A DNA stretch of 64,000 nucleotides, from assembly GCA_963675295.2 (NCBI GenBank), contig CAXXKJ010000002.1, positions 3,616,001-3,680,000 on the forward strand. Reading direction: 5' to 3'. The translations under genes and the position numbers were made by a program. The notes beneath the pieces were generated by a model. The model was not told where the DNA came from. It saw nothing but the letters and a program-made list of their open reading frames with translations, and made no database searches. Below, one piece after another: positions 57,956 to 64,000 of the stretch (position 1 is the stretch's first letter; every line of letters starts with the position of its first letter). The stretch is from a bacterium (GTDB taxonomy: Bacteria > Electryoneota > Electryoneia > Electryoneales > Electryoneaceae).

Positions 57956-58441
57956 TCACCCCATCTGCGCCTTGGCCAGCTGCTGCTTCGCCAGATCGAC
58001 GATGCTCATCCCGGCTCCGTCGCTGGCGCGGACGACATCCTCCAACGTTACCTGGCTGAGCAGGCCGTTGATCAAATGGTTCATCCCGGCCCAGACTCCG
58101 CGTACCGAACAGTCGTCGCTGTGGACACAGTTCTGGTCGCTGGCCGGACTGCCGTATCGGTCGCAGTGGGACGGTCCGAACAACGGTTCGCCGAGCGCCT
58201 CAAATGCTTCGGTTAACCGGATCGCCTCGGGCGTTTTCGCGAGGATGTAGCCTCCGTTGCGTCCACGCATCGAATCCACCAGACCCGCCTGCCGCAACAG
58301 GTTCATGATCTTCGCGGCGTACGGCTGGCTGAGGCCTTCATCCCCACCGATGTCAGCGAGGGTGAGCGGCACTCCCGGTCCCTTCTTCGCAAGCAGGACC
58401 AGGCAACGGAGCCCGTATTCTTCAGTGGCGGTGATTCTCAT
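57956..58441 (-). CDS. Rrf2-family transcriptional regulator with three Cys
   Basis: EYGLRCL, GLVDSMRGRNGGY.LA, three C-terminal Cys; heads the suf operon. Confidence 0.93.
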   Translation of the reverse strand: MRITATEEYGLRCLVLLAKKGPGVPLTLADIGGDEGLSQPYAAKIMNLLRQAGLVDSMRGRNGGYILAKTPEAIRLTEAFEALGEPLFGPSHCDRYGSPASDQNCVHSDDCSVRGVWAGMNHLINGLLSQVTLEDVVRASDGAGMSIVDLAKQQLAKAQMG

Positions 58442-58488
58442 GGCGGTTGCCGGTGACCGGTTCCCGTGTTGGTTCGACCTTAAAGAGC

Positions 58489-58639
58489 TACAAAAAAGTA
58501 CAGATTATCGGCAAAGAAAAAGGCGTCGTTTCGTCGCCTTGACTTTCCGTATCCGTTTGATGCGTCACGCGGCCCGAAGTTCCATCGGAGCGCTCCGGGG
58601 CATCTGTCGCTCAAATCCGATACAAGAAAGTATAGATTT
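58489..58639. promoter_or_regulatory. Duplicated 18-bp motif upstream of rrf2, candidate operator
   Basis: TACAAAAAAGTACAGATT (58489-58506) vs TACAAGAAAGTATAGATT (58621-58638), 16 of 18 identical. Confidence 0.5.
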
Positions 58640-58705
58640 AAACCGTCCAAGTCGAGGGCCGGGCTCTGTTGATCTCTCCTGTCCGAGATGTCGGCCCCGG
58701 TGTAG

Positions 58706-59062
58706 TCACGACTCGTCCGCCGTGTCGAGCTGCTCCCAGCGTGCGAAGGCACGGCGCAGGTGCGGCACGACAATCGAACCACCGACGATGTACGCGATGG
58801 TCATCGCCTCCTCGTACTCCTCGGCGGTGACTCCCAGTTCGTGGCACTGGACGGTGTGGTAGCTGATGCAATCGTCACAGCGCAGGACCGTGGACGCGAC
58901 CAGTCCGAGCAGCTCCTTGGTCTTGCCGTCGAGCGCGCCGTCCTTGTACGCCATCACGTCCAGGTTCATCAACCGCTTCATCGAGGTGCCGGCGTGCTTG
59001 AGAATCCGCTCGTTGCCCTCCTCGCGATCCTTGTGGTACTGATCCAGCGATGCGATATCCAT
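58706..59062 (-). CDS. Carboxymuconolactone decarboxylase/AhpD-family protein
   Basis: GALDGKTKELLGL..RCDDCISYH. Confidence 0.9.
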   Translation of the reverse strand: MDIASLDQYHKDREEGNERILKHAGTSMKRLMNLDVMAYKDGALDGKTKELLGLVASTVLRCDDCISYHTVQCHELGVTAEEYEEAMTIAYIVGGSIVVPHLRRAFARWEQLDTADES

Positions 59063-59080
59063 AATCACCTCTCTCTCATC

Positions 59081-59553
59081 GTCCACGAAATACACGAAAA
59101 TAAACGAAAACTACTCTTCCTCAGCTACAAACCCAGTCCAAATCAACCGCTTTACTGTCACTTTCGGATAAGATCCAAAATTGACCAGCAGCCCCAGGGA
59201 TACTCCGGTTGCCTTTAGGTAATTTATCACCTGGGCCTGGTGCTGAGTTGTCAAGGAAGCAAGCGCTTTCAATTCAACGACAATACTGTCGTAACAAATG
59301 AAATCCGGTCGGTATGTTTGACTTAGCTCTTTTCCCTTATAGTGCAACCTAAGTTCTGGTTGAGCTACAAACGGAATCTTTCTTGCTGTGAATTCCTTTT
59401 CAAGACACTCCTGGTAGACTGATTCCAGGAATCCGCAACCCATTTGTTTGTATACTTCGAATAAAGCACCTTGTATCGAATACACCTCTTCCTTAAATAC
59501 CAGTGCCATCTTTCCCTCTTTTATTTTCGTTTATTTTCGTGTATTTCGTGGAC
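59081..59553 (-). mobile_element. 473-bp cassette: GxxExxY gene between perfect 30-bp inverted repeats
   Basis: GTCCACGAAATACACGAAAATAAACGAAAA (59081-59110) is the exact reverse complement of 59524-59553; ATC on both outer flanks; AT-richer than neighbours. Confidence 0.7.
59111..59509 (-). CDS. GxxExxY protein (PD-(D/E)xK nuclease superfamily)
   Basis: GFLESVY, YRPDFI..VVELK, QVINYLKAT, GLLVNFG. Confidence 0.95.
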   Translation of the reverse strand: MALVFKEEVYSIQGALFEVYKQMGCGFLESVYQECLEKEFTARKIPFVAQPELRLHYKGKELSQTYRPDFICYDSIVVELKALASLTTQHQAQVINYLKATGVSLGLLVNFGSYPKVTVKRLIWTGFVAEEE

Positions 59554-59564
59554 ATCCTTTTATG

Positions 59565-60041
59565 TCAGTTCTTTGCCGGAGTCTTTTTCAGGATGCCGGA
59601 AACCTCGATCTTTTCCGCGGTGACAGTCATCGATTTCAATTCAGCCCACTGCTGAGCGCGTGGCGGGATGCGAGCGATGATACGTTTGCCATCCATCTGG
59701 ATCCGTTTATCACCCTTGGCACGCAGCATCAGTTCGATCGGTTTGCGCAGCAGGATCGACAGGTTGGTGTTGAACGAGACCCGGTCCGGATGCACCTGGA
59801 AATCGTCCAGCTTGATCCTCGCCTTGATCGGGTCGACGACACGCAGGTGGATCGCGCCGTGCTCGAGGTTTTCGACTTCCGCGCGGCCGTGTGCAGGCGT
59901 GCCCTGCATCAGCTCGGGGAATTCGTGTTTCTGGATAATGATGGTGAAACCGTCTTTGGCCGCTTCGAGGTCGAGCGGTTCACCAGCCTTGTGCTTGCGC
60001 TGGATCTCCTTGAGATCCGCGACAGTCAGGGTCATCGGCAT
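59565..60041 (-). CDS. Hypothetical protein
   Basis: Open frame with host-like codon usage directly downstream of mutS. Confidence 0.65.
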   Translation of the reverse strand: MPMTLTVADLKEIQRKHKAGEPLDLEAAKDGFTIIIQKHEFPELMQGTPAHGRAEVENLEHGAIHLRVVDPIKARIKLDDFQVHPDRVSFNTNLSILLRKPIELMLRAKGDKRIQMDGKRIIARIPPRAQQWAELKSMTVTAEKIEVSGILKKTPAKN

Positions 60042-60075
60042 GGAAAAAGTCCTTTGGTTACAAAAATGGTGGGTG

Positions 60076-62751
60076 TTACTCAGAACTGGATTCGTCAACA
60101 GCATCGCCGGTATCTTCGGTAGTACCGGACATGCCGTACTTGTCTTTCAGGTCCGCCAGCAGACGCAGGGCCTCCAGCGGGGTCATGTTGTTGAGGTCGA
60201 GCTTGCCGAGTTCGTCACGCACCGCGCGTTCTTCGACGGTGAACAGCTGCAGTTGCAACGGGTCGTGCTGGGGCGCGATGTCACGCGTTTTCGGTTTCGC
60301 CAGCCGTGGCAGGTTATCGTCGGTGAACTCGGTAGCTTCGAGGGTTTTCAGCACCTCGGCCGCGCGGTCGATAACGGGCCGTGGCACACCGGCCAGCCGG
60401 GCAACCTGGATGCCGTAGCTCGCGCCGGACCGTCCCGCCGACACCTTGCGCATGAAGATGATACGTTCACCCCATTCCCTTACCTGTACGTGCAGGTTGA
60501 AAACCCGTTCCAGCACTGACTCCAGCTCGGTGAGTTCGTGGTAATGGGTCGCGAACAGGACTTTCGGGCGCTCGCCATCCTCGGCAGCGGGGAACTGATG
60601 CAGGTATTCGACCATCGCCCACGCCAGCGACAGGCCGTCGAAGGTTGAGGTACCGCGTCCGATTTCGTCGAACAGGATCAGGCTGCGTCCGGTGCAGTTG
60701 TGCAGGATATTCGCGGCTTCGTGCATCTCGACGAGGAACGTCGATTCGCCGCCGGCGAGGTTGTCGGACGCGCCAACGCGGGTAAAGACACGATCCGTCA
60801 GGGGAACACGGGCTTCGTCGGCGGGGACATACAACCCGGCGTGCGCCATCAGCACAATCAATCCCACCTGCCGCAGGTACGTCGACTTGCCGCCCATGTT
60901 CGGACCGGTAACCAGGGCGATCTGACGGTGATCGTCGCCGATCTCGAGATCGTTGGCGATGAACGACTCTCCGGCGGGCAGCAGATTCTCGATCACCGGG
61001 TGGCGGCTGCGGACGAGACGCAGGCGTCCGTTCTGATGAATCGACGGGCGGGTGTATCTCTGCGCCACGGCGAGTTCGGCGGACGCCGCGAGCACATCCA
61101 GCAGCGCGAGCGAATGAGCGTCCTGCTGGATCGGGCCGGCGTGGGCCGCAACACGGTCGCAGATCTCGTCGAAGAGTTGCTTCTCGATCTCGAGGATTTC
61201 CTCTTCGGCGCGGGTGATCTTCTCTTCCCACACCTTGAGGTCGGGCGTGATGAAGCGTTCGGCGTTGACCAGCGTCTGCTTGCGGATGTAATCCTCAGGC
61301 ACGCGGTCAAGGTTCGCCTTGCTCACCTCAATGTAGTAGCCGAACACTTTGTTGTACCCGATGGAAAGGCTGTTGATGCCGGTACGCTGGCGTTCTTCCT
61401 CCTGCCGGGACTGAATGACGTCCTTGCCGCCCTTTGCGATAGTGCGAAGTTCGTCAAGACGTTCGTCGTAACCATCCGCGATCGCGCCACCGTTGGCCAG
61501 TGTCGCCGGCGGCGATTCCTTAATCGCACGCTTCAGCTCGTCCGCCAGCTCGTCCAGCGGATCGATCCGTTCACGGCAGAACTGGATCAGCGAGGCCTGC
61601 GCCTCGTCAATTACGATCAGGATGCCGGGCAGCGACAGCAGCGTGTCGCGTAATGCTGCCGCGTCACGCGGGGTACCGCGCCGGGTGGTCAGGCGCGCGG
61701 TCAGACGTTCGAGGTCGCCGAGTTGGCGCAGTCGTTGCCGCAATTGGTTCCGCAGGGTTTGCTGCTCGAATAATTCCTCGACGCCATCGAGCCGGACTTC
61801 GATCTGCTGCTTGTCGAGCAACGGACGCAGCACATGCTGCACCAGCAATCGCCGTCCGAACGGTGTCACCGTGCGGTCGATGTGCGCGAACAGGGTCGAG
61901 CCGGCGTCACCGGAACGTAGCGGTTCGACCAGTTCGAGGTTTCGACGGGTTGCGGCGTCGATGAGCAGAAAGTCATCCAGCGGCAGACGGCTCAGCCCCT
62001 GGATGTGTCCGGGATCGGCGCGGAGGTTCTCCTTGACGTAGTGGAGCGTCGCACCGGCGGCGCTGGACGCGGGTTCGTCGGATTCGAGCCCGAATCCTTT
62101 CAGGGTCTGGACCTTGAAGTGACCAGTGAGCGTGTCACGAGCGAAATCGGCATCGAAGATCCAGTCCGGCAAGGGAGTGAGCATCGTACTCGGCGGCAGT
62201 AAGGCACGAATGTCGTCACGATCCTCTTCTCGGCAGAGGATTTCCCGTGGACGGAGCAGATCGATGCGGTCCCGCACCTTGTCCGCCGGCATCGACCCGG
62301 CGGAGAATTCGCCGGTGGTGACATCACAGACCGCGAAGCCTGTGCGTTGCCCGTCCGGCATCAAGGCCGCGAGGTATTGATTCTCCGGGGCATCAAGGGC
62401 TTCTTCAGACAAGTTGGTGCCGGCGGTGACGATGCGGACGATGTCACGTTTAACCAGTCCTTTAGCCTGCTTCGGGTCTTCAACCTGCTCGACAACGACG
62501 ACTCGCTTGCCAGCACGGTTCATCCGTGCGAGGTAGGCCTCGAGCTGGTGGTGAGGGAATCCGGCGAGCGGAACCTCTGCGGTGCGGCCTTTTCCATGCG
62601 AACGTTTGGTGAGAGTAATGTTGAGGATGGAGTGCGCCTCGATGGCGTCTTCATGAAACATCTCGAAGAAGTCACCCATCCTGAAAAAGATGATATGGTC
62701 CGGATATTGTTGTTTAATCCGGTGGTATTGTTCCATCATCGGCGTCGCCAT
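60076..62751 (-). CDS. mutS: DNA mismatch repair protein MutS
   Basis: TPMMEQY, RMGDFFE, TGPNMGGKST, STFLVEM, DEIGRGTST, FATHYHEL. Confidence 0.98.
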   Translation of the reverse strand: MATPMMEQYHRIKQQYPDHIIFFRMGDFFEMFHEDAIEAHSILNITLTKRSHGKGRTAEVPLAGFPHHQLEAYLARMNRAGKRVVVVEQVEDPKQAKGLVKRDIVRIVTAGTNLSEEALDAPENQYLAALMPDGQRTGFAVCDVTTGEFSAGSMPADKVRDRIDLLRPREILCREEDRDDIRALLPPSTMLTPLPDWIFDADFARDTLTGHFKVQTLKGFGLESDEPASSAAGATLHYVKENLRADPGHIQGLSRLPLDDFLLIDAATRRNLELVEPLRSGDAGSTLFAHIDRTVTPFGRRLLVQHVLRPLLDKQQIEVRLDGVEELFEQQTLRNQLRQRLRQLGDLERLTARLTTRRGTPRDAAALRDTLLSLPGILIVIDEAQASLIQFCRERIDPLDELADELKRAIKESPPATLANGGAIADGYDERLDELRTIAKGGKDVIQSRQEEERQRTGINSLSIGYNKVFGYYIEVSKANLDRVPEDYIRKQTLVNAERFITPDLKVWEEKITRAEEEILEIEKQLFDEICDRVAAHAGPIQQDAHSLALLDVLAASAELAVAQRYTRPSIHQNGRLRLVRSRHPVIENLLPAGESFIANDLEIGDDHRQIALVTGPNMGGKSTYLRQVGLIVLMAHAGLYVPADEARVPLTDRVFTRVGASDNLAGGESTFLVEMHEAANILHNCTGRSLILFDEIGRGTSTFDGLSLAWAMVEYLHQFPAAEDGERPKVLFATHYHELTELESVLERVFNLHVQVREWGERIIFMRKVSAGRSGASYGIQVARLAGVPRPVIDRAAEVLKTLEATEFTDDNLPRLAKPKTRDIAPQHDPLQLQLFTVEERAVRDELGKLDLNNMTPLEALRLLADLKDKYGMSGTTEDTGDAVDESSSE

Positions 62752-62892
62752 GCACGCCGTCTCCCTGTTATCCGCAAACAGTTTCGCAAGATAGTGAGGT
62801 GGGAAGAAAATGCCATCTCACCACCCGTGGAAAGTACGTCTCTCCAAACATCGATAACGAGGCTGAAAAGGGCTGGATCGCCGGAGGCTCGC

Positions 62893-62921
62893 TTGACTCG
62901 TTTCTAACAGGCTGATATCTT
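62893..62921 (+). promoter_or_regulatory. Sigma-70-type promoter for citrate synthase
   Basis: TTGACT-17bp-TATCTT, ~250 bp before the ATG. Confidence 0.55.
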
Positions 62922-63170
62922 CGCTATCTACACTTTGTGCAATATCGTGCGAAGTGCATCGGGGGGAGTCACGGGCGTAGACTCCAGTTTTCTGGCAGTA
63001 CCTCTCACGATCCATTTATGTAAGTCTGTCGGGAGTATGTCAGTACAGATCTTCTCTCCTGTAGGTTGAGGAGTGTATTCATACCGGCTAGTGTCATCTG
63101 GATAGAACTGGGGCATAATCATGTTCTATTTGGAACATGAATGTCACCACAACATGTAAGGAGGTTTGGA

Positions 63171-64000
63171 ATGTCGAAGCTCTTCGAGCGTTTGCAGGAA
63201 CTGATCCCCCAGTGGCGCGCTGAACGTGCTGAGATGATCAAGAACCACGGCAGCATGGTTCTGTCAGAATGCACGGTTGCCCAGGCGTATGGCGGTATGC
63301 GCGGCGTCAAAGGGATGATCTGTGAAACGTCCCTCGTGGAACCGGACAAGGGCTTGATCATCCAGGGTCGTCCGTTACTGGACATCATGGATCTGTGGCC
63401 TGAGGAAACGTTCTACCTCCTGCTGACTGGTGACATCCCCGATGAAGAGACGAAGCAGGAATTGATTGCCGAATACGGCCGCCGGTCGCACGTTCCGGAT
63501 TACATCTGGGACATCCTCTACGCGATGCCGGAAGACTCCCACCCGATGACGATGCTTGACACGGCGATTCTCGCGATGCAGCGGGAAAGCGTCTTCGCCG
63601 CGCAGTACGCCAAGGGCATGACGAAGGATCAGTACTGGGTCTACACCCTGGAAGATGCGCTGAACATCCTCGCGCGTCTGCCGGGTATCGCGGCTGGTGT
63701 CTATCGCATCCGGTACAACAAGGGTGGCCTGATTCCGTGGACCCCGGGTCTTGACTGGGGCGCCAACTACGCGAACATGCTCGGCCTTCCGGATCCGGAC
63801 GGTTCCTTCGCCGAACTGATGCGTCTGTACCTGCACTTCCACTGCGACCATGAAGGTGGCAACGTCTCCGCGAACACGTGCCACACGGTTGGCTCCGCCC
63901 TGTCCGATCCGTACTACTCGGTTTCGGCCGGTCTGAACGGTCTCGCCGGGCCGCTTCACGGCCTCGCGAACCAGGAATGCCTCGGCTGGATCATCGAGAC
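63171..64000 (+). CDS. gltA: Citrate synthase, eukaryotic type (runs off the window; absent from the ORF track)
   Basis: AAGGAGG RBS; translation gives YGGMRGVKG, ETS, HPMT, DWGANYANMLG, DHEGGNVSA, GLNGLAGPLHGLANQE. Confidence 0.95.
   Translation, partial: MSKLFERLQELIPQWRAERAEMIKNHGSMVLSECTVAQAYGGMRGVKGMICETSLVEPDKGLIIQGRPLLDIMDLWPEETFYLLLTGDIPDEETKQELIAEYGRRSHVPDYIWDILYAMPEDSHPMTMLDTAILAMQRESVFAAQYAKGMTKDQYWVYTLEDALNILARLPGIAAGVYRIRYNKGGLIPWTPGLDWGANYANMLGLPDPDGSFAELMRLYLHFHCDHEGGNVSANTCHTVGSALSDPYYSVSAGLNGLAGPLHGLANQECLGWIIE

Overview
GC-rich bacterial chromosome segment. Several secreted proteins end in a Por/T9SS-type (FlgD-Ig-like) C-terminal domain and the citrate synthase is eukaryote-type, which suggests an FCB-related lineage (inference). 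The core is housekeeping: tig-clpP-clpX-lon, rsmE, trxB, lexA, dtd, dnaE, murA, recN, nadA, a LolA/LolCDE-like ABC system, an rrf2-sufCBD-Rieske-sufS operon, mutS and a partial citrate synthase. The window opens on what looks like the right end of an element integrated in tRNA-Leu(TAG). Unusual signals: (1) a GxxExxY (PD-(D/E)xK) gene bracketed by a perfect 30-bp inverted repeat built of 9/10-mers, plus empty, nested and orphan 7/9/10-mer arms that start at or just after stop codons across the window; (2) an intact REP-associated tyrosine transposase homolog that has lost its HUH and Tyr catalytic residues, convergent with a small gene carrying a pseudoknot-capable leader; (3) two more apparent pseudoenzymes (M2/M3 peptidase without HExxH, RsbW-like without ATP boxes); (4) several REP-like palindrome families, one inserted in-frame in a gene; (5) candidate LexA, Rrf2 and sigma-54 activator sites. 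All family calls come from motif recognition by eye; no searches were run.
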